Shown here: positions 17,098 to 25,745 of the stretch, piece after piece | How the letters are laid out: the number at the start of each line of letters is the position of its first letter | How positions within the stretch are numbered: the stretch's first letter is position 1 | Assembly (NCBI GenBank): GCA_040386535.1 | Contig: JAZKFH010000059.1 | Span: 1 to 39,491 of the forward strand | Length of the DNA: 39,491 nucleotides | Direction of reading: 5' to 3' | DNA from: Myxococcota bacterium | GTDB taxonomy: Bacteria > Myxococcota_A > UBA796 > SXON01 | The notes under the pieces: generated by a model | Databases searched by the model: none | Seen by the model: only the letters and a program-made list of their open reading frames with translations | What the model was told of the DNA's origin: nothing | Translations under genes and position numbers: made by a program

Positions 17098-18576
17098 TCA
17101 GGCTCTCAGCGCCGCCTCCGCCACCTTCACCCCGCCGATCGCGGTAGCCAGCGTGCTCTGGCCGGGAAACACGCTGTCCCCCACCATCCACAAGCCGGGG
17201 AGCACGGGCGTGGGCCACAGATCGCGGTAGTGACCGAGGCCGGCGCGGCGTGGGATGCCACCGACGAGCCCCTCGGGGCGGCGCGTGAAGCGGGCGAACG
17301 TGCGCGGGCTGGCCGGAAGCACGTCGCGGATGCTCGCCGCAAGCTCCGGGGCCAGGGCCCGGAGGCCGGCGCGCATGTGGTCCTGTACCGCTTGGACGGC
17401 GACGGCCCGCTGATCCTGGGGCAGGCCACGCAGGCGAGAGACGGCGATGTGTGTCGAGACCGTGGCGGTGCGGGCGGCGGGGCCCGCGCGGCCGTCCGTG
17501 GCCTCGTCGGCGGCGCCCACCGAGCAGAACAGGTGGTTGCCGTCCATGAACGGGCGGTCGAGGTCCTGCACCAGCTCCAGGTGGTGGGCCCCGGTGCGGG
17601 AGAGCGAGGCGGGATCGAGCACCAGGTACAACATCGTGGCGCTCCACCCCTCCGCCACACGCATGGCGAGGCGATCCAAGCGTGGCACCGGCGCGCCTCC
17701 CAACAGCGTAGAGAGGGCTTGGGGGAGCAGGTTTGCCACGACGATCGGCGCGCGGAGGGGCCCTTCGCGGCCCTGCACGATCCAGCGCTCGCCGTCACGG
17801 GCGAGACCGCGGGCGCGACACGCGTAGCGGACGGAGCCGCCGGATCGCTCCACCGCCGCGCCCATCGCCGTGGCAAGCCGACCGATGCCACCGTGTACGT
17901 GGCGGGTGCCACGAAAGCAGAAGTCGATCGCGGACAGCGCGAGCGGCGCCTCGGCCTCGTGCACGCCCACCTGCACCGTGATCTGGCACAACGCGTCGAG
18001 CCAGGCCACCAGTGGCTTCCAGTCGAGCAGGCCGTAGCGGGCGAGCATGTCCGCGAGGGGACGGCCAACGTACCGGAGCAGGCCGGTGAGCGCGGGGAGG
18101 TTGCGCAGGTGTGTCGCGAGGGCGCCGGGCGCGAAGGGCGGGAGCAGGCCCGGGTCGTCGAAGCACGGCCAGAGGAGGTTCGCGACGCGGGCTTGCTCGG
18201 CGAAGAACGCGCGCACCCGCGGCACCGGCGCGCCGGGGAGGGCGCAGAGCCGCTCCACCAGGGCGTCACGGTCGGGCGGCACGTCGATCGCGAGGCCGGG
18301 CGCGCGGAACGAGATGACCGGATCGAGGCGATCGAGCCGCACGTCCATGCCGTGCCGTGCGATCCAACGCGCGAACAGTTGCCCATCGTCGAACCCGGCG
18401 AACAACGTGGCGCCGGACTCGAACCGGTGCCCGTGCCTGGTGAACGTGCTCGCGCAGCCGCCCGGGTAGGTGAGCGCCTCGAGCACCACGACGCGCGCCC
18501 CCCGCTCGGCCAGCGTCAGCGCCGCGCCGAGCCCGCCGAACCCCGCGCCCACGACGATGGCATCGACGTCTTCCAT
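17098..18576 (-). CDS. Phytoene desaturase family protein (CrtD-like FAD oxidoreductase)
   Basis: IVVGAGFGGL, PGGCASTF...G..FESGAT, ASPRTFARFTRRPEGLVGG, LWMVGDSVFPGQST. Confidence 0.85.
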   Translation of the reverse strand: MEDVDAIVVGAGFGGLGAALTLAERGARVVVLEALTYPGGCASTFTRHGHRFESGATLFAGFDDGQLFARWIARHGMDVRLDRLDPVISFRAPGLAIDVPPDRDALVERLCALPGAPVPRVRAFFAEQARVANLLWPCFDDPGLLPPFAPGALATHLRNLPALTGLLRYVGRPLADMLARYGLLDWKPLVAWLDALCQITVQVGVHEAEAPLALSAIDFCFRGTRHVHGGIGRLATAMGAAVERSGGSVRYACRARGLARDGERWIVQGREGPLRAPIVVANLLPQALSTLLGGAPVPRLDRLAMRVAEGWSATMLYLVLDPASLSRTGAHHLELVQDLDRPFMDGNHLFCSVGAADEATDGRAGPAARTATVSTHIAVSRLRGLPQDQRAVAVQAVQDHMRAGLRALAPELAASIRDVLPASPRTFARFTRRPEGLVGGIPRRAGLGHYRDLWPTPVLPGLWMVGDSVFPGQSTLATAIGGVKVAEAALRA

Positions 18577-18596
18577 GGGGAGGGGCTTATCCGGGG

Positions 18597-18733
18597 GGGC
18601 GCGCCCCCGCCGAAGACGGCGGGGTCGGGCCCTTCTGGGCGCGCGCTCCGCGCTTGGTTGGCGCGGCCGGCGCTGCGCGCCGGGGCGCCGAACCGCCGCC
18701 GCCCGCGGCGGCGCCCGCCAGGCCCCTCGCGCC
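18597..18733 (+). repeat. Structured intergenic repeat, copy C
   Basis: GGGCGCG-CCCCGCCG aaga CGGCGGGG-TC-GGGCCCTTCTGGGC-GC-GCGC tcc GCGC-TT-GGTTG..CGAACC-hairpin-GCCCGCCAGGCCCC-TCGCGCC. Confidence 0.75.
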
Positions 18734-19201
18734 GCGTGCGGTCGGGCGGTGGCGGGCGGCGGGGCGCGGTGGCGTCGCTCCAGCGGGTCGAGGCGGGTCA
18801 AGCCGGGTCGAACAGGAACGCCGCGGAGGCAAGCGGCACCGAATGGGAGTGCGACACGTGGTGCGCGTGTGTCATCCTGGGGTGCGACGAAATCGGAGCG
18901 GAAAAATGGGCTTTCTACCGTACGCGTGGGGCGCTTGGGTGCGATGCGCGTGGGTCAGATTCCCACTCGGCGGGGCTTGGGTGGGTGCGCTTTCCTATTC
19001 GCTCCGGCTTGGCGGATGCCGTTCCCAGGCAGGAGAACTTCACCCACGCGGCGGCGGCGCCGCTTCGGGCGCCGGGCACCGCCGCGCACGTCGGTCGCCC
19101 AGACAACCAAACGGGAAGTAGTCTCCATTCCTCCGCGCCGAACGTGTTCGTCGCTCGGCGCCCTCGCCTGGCGAGACGAGAGAGTGTGCAGCGACGCTTC
19201 C

Positions 19202-20167
19202 TCATCCGCCCCGCCCCACCAACCCCGCCAGCACCGGCGCCAGGATCTCCGCGCCCCGCAACGTGTCACGCCAGCGCGCGGGGATGCCGCCGCGCCCCCA
19301 ACGCACGCCCGCGATGCCGCCGGCGACACAGGCCGTGGTGTCCGTGTCGTTGCCGAGCGAGATGGCGCGCCGCACGGCGAGCTCGTAGCCGTCGGCGCCC
19401 TCGACCGCCCACGACGCCGAGCGCAGGCAGTCCACGACGTAGCCGGTGCCCCTCGGCGCGGCGGCACGGTCGCCGGGGGCGACGTGGGTGTGCAGCTCGT
19501 GGAGGTGCGTGGCGAGGGCGGTATCGGCGGCGTAGAGCTCGGCCAGCCGCCGCGTCGCGCCGGCCAGGCCCGACCGGTCGCCGCGCAGCTCGGCGCGCGC
19601 CCAGAGGCAATAGGCGGCACAACTCACTTGGGAGCGCACGTGGCCGTGGGTTGGGAGGCCCTGCTCGTGCGCGAGGTGCACCAGCTCGGCATCCGGGCCG
19701 TCGTGCCACAACGCGAGGGGGAGCACGCGCATGAGCGCGCCGTTGCCATTGTCGAATACGTCGGCGGGGCCACACTCCCGGGCGGGGCGGCCCGCGGCGA
19801 GGCTGGACAAGGCGCGCGACGTTTGGATCCCCACGTCGAACACCCGCCCATCGACCGCGTAGGCGCCGCCGTCGTACCAGGCGAGCAGGCGGGCGCCGAG
19901 ATCGGCCAGGTCGAGCGTGCCGCGGGTGAGCAGGCTGTCGGCGAGGGCGAGCGCGTGCGCCCCGTCGTCCGACCACGTGCCGGGCGCGATGCCGATGTGG
20001 GCGCGGTCGTAGCCGAGCGGCGGCGCGAACTCGATGGCGGCGAGCGGCGGGATGCGCTCGGGTGCGCGGAACTCGAAGGGGACACCCAGCGCGTCGCCCA
20101 CGAGCAAGCCGACGAGCCCGCCGGCGACACGGTCTGCGATGGGGAGGGAGGGATCACGTGGCAGCAT
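19202..20167 (-). CDS. ADP-ribosylglycohydrolase family protein
   Basis: GL.VGDALG.PFEF, GTWSDD, DVGIQT, NGNGALMR, TH.H, G.DTDTTACVAG. Confidence 0.93.
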   Translation of the reverse strand: MLPRDPSLPIADRVAGGLVGLLVGDALGVPFEFRAPERIPPLAAIEFAPPLGYDRAHIGIAPGTWSDDGAHALALADSLLTRGTLDLADLGARLLAWYDGGAYAVDGRVFDVGIQTSRALSSLAAGRPARECGPADVFDNGNGALMRVLPLALWHDGPDAELVHLAHEQGLPTHGHVRSQVSCAAYCLWARAELRGDRSGLAGATRRLAELYAADTALATHLHELHTHVAPGDRAAAPRGTGYVVDCLRSASWAVEGADGYELAVRRAISLGNDTDTTACVAGGIAGVRWGRGGIPARWRDTLRGAEILAPVLAGLVGRGG

Positions 20168-20576
20168 GAGGGGCGGGTCTCCGGCGGGCGAGGTGTATCC
20201 GCGGGGCGCCGGGGGTGCGCGGCCGGTGACGTTACGGCCGCCTCCGCTCGTGTTGGAGTGGGCGGCACGGCCGGCGCGGGACCCATGTGCCGCGGATGTT
20301 TCCCTCGGCGGGACCCAACGGGGTTCAGAGATTCCCGTCGGCGAGCAGGGGGCATGGTGTCGACGATCCAACCTGCATTTTCGAGCGGACGAGGCGATTC
20401 GATCGCGGTCGAAGTAACCTTTGAGGTGGCTTGGGTGCGGCCGCGGGAATGTCCCGAGGGGCATGGCCTCGGAGGCCCGGCTGACCGCCAGGGCATGCCG
20501 TGGGAGGCCGGCCGGGCCTCCGAGGCGGCGGCACGTGCGTCCGACCCAGCTGAACCGGGTCGGGCGCCGACGCGTA

Positions 20577-20734
20577 GGGCCCGCTGCTCAATAATGTCCG
20601 CATTCGGCCGCCCCTGGGCTCGCGTCCGCGGCGTCGCTCGTCGGTCACATGCCTACGGGCATGCTCCCTCCTCGCTCCTTGCGGCCGCGGCCCAGGGTCG
20701 CCCTCGGTGCTGGACATTAGTTCCGGGCGGACCC
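20577..20734 (-). mobile_element. 158-bp MITE, copy 2 (inverted relative to copy 1)
   Basis: Reverse complement of 6869-7026 with 5 substitutions; flanks GTA / TTA, the latter being the stop codon of the 20735-21217 gene. Confidence 0.85.
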
Positions 20735-21217
20735 TTAGTTGTTCGCGGCGCCCTGGTTGACCCAGTCGGTCACGATCTGGACCTTCTTGGCGGGCCAAGG
20801 CATCGGGGTGGTGTAGTCGGGGCCGAGCGGCATCTGGTAGCCACCGTAGGCCGGCGCGGTGGCGAGCTTGTCGACGAGGAGGGAGGCCGCGGCGTCGCCG
20901 GGGACGACGTACGCGCTGAAACCGGTGGCGACGTCGTTCGGGACATCCGTGGTCAACGAGGCGTAGGCGTTCGCCTCGGTGTCCAGCTTGAAGCCGGGCT
21001 GGTACGTGTCGACCGTGTGGCAGCTCACGCAGTCGTGCTGGAGCAGGGGGTACACGTCGTTCGCGAACGATACGGCGGCGACATCGGTGTCCGTATCGGT
21101 GTCGGTGTCCGTATCGGTGTCCGTGTCGGTGTCGGCCGCCACGCCGGTGTCATCGGCCTTGTCGGTACCGGTGCAAGCCGCGAGTGTGAGAAGTGCGAGG
21201 AGGAGGGTGGCACGCAT
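20735..21217 (-). CDS. Monoheme c-type cytochrome lipoprotein with (DT)n linker
   Basis: LAAC lipobox; DT repeat; VSF..DVYPLL...CVSCH, VVPGDA..S.L, MP, I..WV.QGA (planctomycete cytochrome c-like). Confidence 0.82.
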   Translation of the reverse strand: MRATLLLALLTLAACTGTDKADDTGVAADTDTDTDTDTDTDTDTDVAAVSFANDVYPLLQHDCVSCHTVDTYQPGFKLDTEANAYASLTTDVPNDVATGFSAYVVPGDAAASLLVDKLATAPAYGGYQMPLGPDYTTPMPWPAKKVQIVTDWVNQGAANN

Positions 21218-21414
21218 GTCAAAAATCTCCGAGCGGAGCCGGTGGGCCCGCGCGGCGCCCGTTATCGCGCCGTCACGGCAACCGCAGGCGCCACCGCACC
21301 GCTGGCCCCCCTTCCGCGCGGCGAGGACGTTTGCGCCACCGAACGCGCCGTTTGGTCCCGCCCCTGCGCACCACGGGCCGACTGGGGTAGATCTCCTCGT
21401 TCGAGGAGCCCCCG

Positions 21415-22449
21415 ATGCCCACCCTCCCGACCCGCGCCTGGATGCGCGGCCTCCCGAAGGCCGAGCTGCACGTCCACCTCGAGGGCACCCTCGAGCCCGA
21501 GATGATGCTCGCGCTGGCGCGTCGCAACGGCGTGCCGCTGCCGTGGTCGGACGCCGCCGCCGTTCGCGCGGCGTACTCGTTCGGGAGCCTGCAGGAGTTC
21601 CTGGACCTGTACTACCAGGGCATGGCGGTGCTGCTCACCCACGCCGACTACGTCGACCTCGCGGTGGCCGCCATGGGCCGGGCGGCGGCGGACGGCGTGG
21701 TGCACGCGGAGTTCTTCTACGATCCGCAGGGCCACACGTCGCGCGGGGTGCCGTTCGAGGTGGTGACAGCCGGCCTTCGGGACGGGCTCGCGGAGGGCGA
21801 GCGATCCTTCGGGGTGACGTGGCGGCTCATCCCGAACCTGCTGCGCCACCTCCCCGAAGACGATGCGCTCGCGACGCTCGCGGTCGCCGAGCCCTGGTTG
21901 CTCGACGGGCGGCTCCACGGCATCGGGCTCGACTCGTCCGAGCGCGACTTCCCGCCGGAATTGTTCACGCGTGCGTACGCGTGGGCCGCCGCGCGCGGAC
22001 TGTTCCGCACGGCCCACGCCGGCGAGGAGGGGCCCGCGGCCTACGTGACCACGGCGCTCGACGTGCTGAAGGTGCACCGCGTCGACCACGGCAACCGCGC
22101 GCTCGAGGATCCGGCGCTCGTGCGCCGCCTCGCGGCCGAGGGCGTCGGGCTCACGGTGTGCCCGCTCTCGAACCTTCGTCTGTGCGGCGTGACCGACCTC
22201 GCCGACCACCCGCTGCGCCGCATGCTCGACGCGGGGCTCAAGGTGACGCTCAACGGCGACGATCCCGCCTACTTCGGCGGCACGTGCCTCGACAACTTCG
22301 TCGCGATCACGGAGGCGCTCGGGCTCACCGTGGCCGAGCTGCGCACCCTGGCGCGCAACAGCATCGAGGTCAGCCTGCTCGATGGGGAGAGCAAGGCGCA
22401 GCAGCTCGCGCGCCTCGCGGCGTACAACGACCCTGGAGCCGCGCCGTAG
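21415..22449 (+). CDS. add: Adenosine/adenine deaminase
   Basis: GAGGAG RBS; PKAELHVHLEG, FFYDPQ.H, HAGEEG, RVDHG, CPLSN, DDPAYFGG. Confidence 0.92.
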   Translation: MPTLPTRAWMRGLPKAELHVHLEGTLEPEMMLALARRNGVPLPWSDAAAVRAAYSFGSLQEFLDLYYQGMAVLLTHADYVDLAVAAMGRAAADGVVHAEFFYDPQGHTSRGVPFEVVTAGLRDGLAEGERSFGVTWRLIPNLLRHLPEDDALATLAVAEPWLLDGRLHGIGLDSSERDFPPELFTRAYAWAAARGLFRTAHAGEEGPAAYVTTALDVLKVHRVDHGNRALEDPALVRRLAAEGVGLTVCPLSNLRLCGVTDLADHPLRRMLDAGLKVTLNGDDPAYFGGTCLDNFVAITEALGLTVAELRTLARNSIEVSLLDGESKAQQLARLAAYNDPGAAP

Positions 22450-22467
22450 CGCGGGCCCCGCGTCGAT

Positions 22468-22746
22468 CTACTGCGCCATCCCCGTGGCGTACGCTTCGGT
22501 CAGCGCGGGCTCTCCGGCGATCTCGTAGAGCAGGCCCTCGAGCTCGGCGGGCGTGCCGCCCTTCGACGCGAGGGCGGCCTCCGTGTCGTTCGGCTGGGCC
22601 AGAACGGCCTTGGCGAGCTCGACAGCGCGGGCCACCTGGGGCGGCAGCGCCACCTCGGGCGCGACCGTGGTTTCGACCGGGGGCGCGGTCACGACGGGCT
22701 CGGGCTCGCCGCAGCCGACGAGGAGCGAGAACAGGAGGGAGGTCAT
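22468..22746 (-). CDS. Small lipoprotein
   Basis: MTSLLFSLLVGC lipobox; 2 bp downstream of the preceding gene; AAGGA RBS. Confidence 0.75.
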   Translation of the reverse strand: MTSLLFSLLVGCGEPEPVVTAPPVETTVAPEVALPPQVARAVELAKAVLAQPNDTEAALASKGGTPAELEGLLYEIAGEPALTEAYATGMAQ

Positions 22747-22748
22747 GG

Positions 22749-23429
22749 TCACTTTTCCTTCTTCTCGTCGGACTTGCCGCGGGGAGGGGCGTCGCTGGGG
22801 GGGGCGCCGGGAGCGGAGGAACGCGCGCCCTTGGCATCGCTCTTGTCGCCGTGGCCCTTGTCGCCGTGGCCCTTGTCGCCGTGGCCCTTGTCGTCGTGGC
22901 CCTTGTCGTCGTGGCCCTTGTCGCCGTGGTCCTTGTCGCCGTGGCCCTCGTTGCCGTGGGCCCCGTGCTCGCCGCCCTTCTTGCCCTTGCCGCGCGCCTG
23001 GTGCTCGGCGGCGATGGCCGCGGCGAGCTCCTGGCCGCGGAGGCCGGACGCGAGGCGTTCCTGGACGAAGGCGCCGAAGTTGTCGACGGGCCCGTTCTCC
23101 TTGACGTGGGCGACGGTGGCCTCGGTGGCGTTCGTCGCGTCGCCCGCGGACACGCCGGCGTCGCGCATGGCGCCGAGCGAGCCGCGCACGTCGGCCTCGG
23201 GCACGCCGGCGTCCCGCAGCTTGCGGGCGGTCAACGGCAGGTCGAGCGAGCGCACGACCGCGGCGTCGAACGCGGCGCGATCGGGCCGGGGGCCGTCGGC
23301 CGTGCCCGGGGTGGCGATGTTGGGGCTGGCGGTGCTGGCGGTCGCGGCGCTGCCGGGGGTTGCCGCGCTGGGGGTTGCGGGAGCTTGGGCGAGGGCCAGC
23401 CCGGCGGCGAGGAGGAGGAGGAGTCGCAT
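22749..23429 (-). CDS. Secreted protein with His/Asp/Lys-rich pentapeptide repeats
   Basis: Signal peptide MRLLLLLAAGLALA; helical core; C-terminal (GHGDK/GHDDK)x7. Confidence 0.8.
   Translation of the reverse strand: MRLLLLLAAGLALAQAPATPSAATPGSAATASTASPNIATPGTADGPRPDRAAFDAAVVRSLDLPLTARKLRDAGVPEADVRGSLGAMRDAGVSAGDATNATEATVAHVKENGPVDNFGAFVQERLASGLRGQELAAAIAAEHQARGKGKKGGEHGAHGNEGHGDKDHGDKGHDDKGHDDKGHGDKGHGDKGHGDKSDAKGARSSAPGAPPSDAPPRGKSDEKKEK
22842..22946. repeat. 7 x 15-bp in-frame tandem repeat
   Basis: CTTGTCG(C/T)CGTGG(C/T)C x7. Confidence 0.9.
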
Positions 23430-23497
23430 ACGGGCGCTTAGCGCGAGCGGCCTGGGGATGGCACTTACACGCGCACTTTCTCCGCATGCGCGCGGGT

Positions 23498-23543
23498 CGA
23501 TGCGCGCGCATCGCCGGATGCGCGGTACGGATGCGCGCGCATC
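23498..23543. promoter_or_regulatory. Two ATGCGCGCGCAT palindromes, candidate enhancer sites
   Basis: CGATGCGCGCGCATCG (23498-23513) and GATGCGCGCGCATC (23530-23543), centres 31 bp apart. Confidence 0.55.
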
Positions 23544-23605
23544 GACGGGCCGGTGGCGCCGGACCAAAAACGGGCGCGGGTCCGGCGTCTCTTTGCGGCG
23601 CGGGC

Positions 23606-23621
23606 GGGCACGGCGTTTGCA
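23606..23621 (+). promoter_or_regulatory. sigma54 (-24/-12) promoter
   Basis: GGGCACGGCGTTTGCA, one mismatch to TGGCACG-N4-TTGCA, 53 bp before ATG 23675. Confidence 0.7.
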
Positions 23622-23674
23622 ACGACACCGTGGGTCGCGAGCCGTCGCCGCGCCGCCCACCCCCCGGAGCTCCC

Positions 23675-24850
23675 ATGACCCGTGCCCGCCCCGTCCTCGT
23701 GCTCGCGCTGCTCACCGCGCTCCCCGCGTTCGCCGGCAACGAGGAGGACGTGTGCGCCGACCCCGGCGCCTCCTCGGTCTTCGCGATGATGCCCGTCGCC
23801 GCCGAGACCTACCAGCCCACCGGGCCGACCTACCCCGAGGGCGTGGCAATCGTCGGCGACCGCGTGATCGTGTCGGGCCCGGCCAACTTCGGCACCGCGG
23901 GCAACGGCAGCCCCAGCCAACTCACCGTGTTCGACCTCGACACCGGCGCGCTACGCGCGGTGGTGCCCGTCGTGGGAGAGGACCTCTCCCAGGAGCACGC
24001 CTTGAGCGAGCTCGCGACGCGCGGCCACTACGCGTACGCGCCGAGCACCCAGCTTGGTGTGCTCCGGTGGAAGTTCAACGGGCACCACGACAGCCCCACG
24101 CAGGAGAGCGTCTCGACGCCCTTCTGCTCGGTCACGGGCGAGTACCCCTGCCACGACGACAGCAACGCCTGCCCCGACGACGTGCGCGCCGGCCTCCCGC
24201 CGCTCCCGAACGGCATCGCCGTGGCGAGCGACGGCGTGGTGTACGTGACCGACTCGCTCCAGGGCATCGTGTGGCGCGTGGACGCGCACGGCGGCGGGCC
24301 GGTCGAGCCCGAGGTGCTCTATTGCAGCGCCGCCCTGCAGGGCTCGGGTGACAGCGGCCTCGGCCTGTTCGGTGCCAACGGCATCGCGGTGGCGGGCGAC
24401 GACCTGTACGTCGTCGTTACGTTCGGCGCGTTCGACGCCCTGGGCCCCACGAGCACGATCTACCGCCTCGATCGCGAGGATCCGCTGACCCTCGAGCTCG
24501 TCTACACCTACTCCGGCATCGCGGTCGCGCCGGGCGTGGTCGTCCCGCCCATCGCGGACGGGCTCCGCTACGACGCCGAGACCAACCACCTCCTCGTCGT
24601 GCTCGGCGGCCAGAACGCCGTGTCCGAGCTCGACCTCGGCGGCGCCGCCGTGACCGAGGTGGCGCGGTACACCCGCACCGACGCCGACACGCCGTTCCTC
24701 AACCCCTCCACTATCGCGCTCGGCGAGGGGGGCACCGCCTACGTCTCAAACCACGCCATCACGTGTTGCCTGGACGGCGATCCAAACCCCGCGTGCGGTT
24801 GCTACGGCGCGGAGGACTATTTTGGTGTCATCGAGATCTGCCGGGAGTAG
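23675..24850 (+). CDS. Secreted beta-propeller protein (SMP-30/gluconolactonase-like)
   Basis: GGAG RBS, signal peptide; YPEGVAI, LPNGIAV..DG.VYVTDS.QG.VWRV, GANGIAV, ADGL; several Cys pairs. Confidence 0.8.
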   Translation: MTRARPVLVLALLTALPAFAGNEEDVCADPGASSVFAMMPVAAETYQPTGPTYPEGVAIVGDRVIVSGPANFGTAGNGSPSQLTVFDLDTGALRAVVPVVGEDLSQEHALSELATRGHYAYAPSTQLGVLRWKFNGHHDSPTQESVSTPFCSVTGEYPCHDDSNACPDDVRAGLPPLPNGIAVASDGVVYVTDSLQGIVWRVDAHGGGPVEPEVLYCSAALQGSGDSGLGLFGANGIAVAGDDLYVVVTFGAFDALGPTSTIYRLDREDPLTLELVYTYSGIAVAPGVVVPPIADGLRYDAETNHLLVVLGGQNAVSELDLGGAAVTEVARYTRTDADTPFLNPSTIALGEGGTAYVSNHAITCCLDGDPNPACGCYGAEDYFGVIEICRE

Positions 24851-24876
24851 GGCGGGAATGACAGGGGCGGCTCCGG

Positions 24877-25416
24877 CTACCAACCCGGCCCGAGCAGGAC
24901 GTACCCTACGCCCACGCCGAGCGCCGCCCCCGCGAGGAGGCGGCGCCGGGCCTCCAGGGTGTCCACGAACGATAGTGCGGTCCCGACGATCAGGATCGCG
25001 GGCAGCCCCATCGAGAAGTCGCGCTGGAGCAGATCGAACGCCACGCCCTCGTGCGAGAACGGCCAGAACAGCTTGACCGGCCAGGACGCGATCGTGTCGC
25101 CGAGCAGGTGCAGCGCCCACGCGCCCCACACGAGCCCGAGCACGGGGCCCAGGGGCGTACTCGGTGGCGCGAACCGGCGTGTCACCAGCGCGAGCAGGGG
25201 TGGCAGGACCGCGAAGACGAGCAGGTTGTGTGTGTAGAACTGGTGGTGCGCGTGGAACAGCGCGGGCCCGCCGATCAGCCAGGTGACGGCGTCCACGTCG
25301 GGGGCGAGCGCGAACAGCGCCCCGGTCACGGGCCAGAACCAACGCCCCTCGCGTCCCGCGGGCCGGAGCACTTGCGCGAGGGCGACGCCGCTCGCTGCGT
25401 GGCCGAAGGCTTCCAT
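24877..25416 (-). CDS. Membrane-bound metal-dependent hydrolase (YdjM-like)
   Basis: N-terminal H, APDVD, H..YTHNL, HLLGD, LFWPFS. Confidence 0.85.
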   Translation of the reverse strand: MEAFGHAASGVALAQVLRPAGREGRWFWPVTGALFALAPDVDAVTWLIGGPALFHAHHQFYTHNLLVFAVLPPLLALVTRRFAPPSTPLGPVLGLVWGAWALHLLGDTIASWPVKLFWPFSHEGVAFDLLQRDFSMGLPAILIVGTALSFVDTLEARRRLLAGAALGVGVGYVLLGPGW

Positions 25417-25458
25417 TGGGGGAGTGTACGCGAAGCGGTTGGTCAACGCGCGGCGGTT

Positions 25459-25612
25459 GGGCGCCCCCGCGCGGCGCGGGGCAGGTCGGCTGCGGGCGCG
25501 CGGCGGAGCCGCTTGGTCGGCCGGGCGAACGAGCACTTCCGTGGGGGTGAGCGCCCTCTGGCGCCCGGCCGGACCAGCCGCCGGGGGCGGCTGCCCTCCG
25601 CGCCCTTGGCGC
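25459..25612 (+). repeat. Structured intergenic repeat, copy D
   Basis: GGGCGCC-hairpin-GGTCGGCTGCGGGC-GC-GCGGC gga GCCGC-TT-GGTCGGCCGGGCG...CGCCCGGCCGGACC-AGCCGCC ggg GGCGGCT-GCCCTCC...GGCGC. Confidence 0.75.
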
Positions 25613-25745
25613 GGGCGGGATGATGTGCCCTCCATGACCGCGCGGCGGCCCCGCGGACCGGAGTCGAGAGATGCTCGGCCATCGGGAGGCCGTCGCGCTG
25701 GACGAACGGGCCTCCGTCGGCGTAAACCAACGGATTGGGGATGTG

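Noticed and set aside
17230..21505. Very long plus-strand ORFs (834 aa and 1011 aa), and similar ones such as 20979-23441 and 30729-33044
   Set aside because: Arg/Ala/Gly/Pro-rich shadow frames overlapping well-supported genes and running through repeats; expected at this GC content
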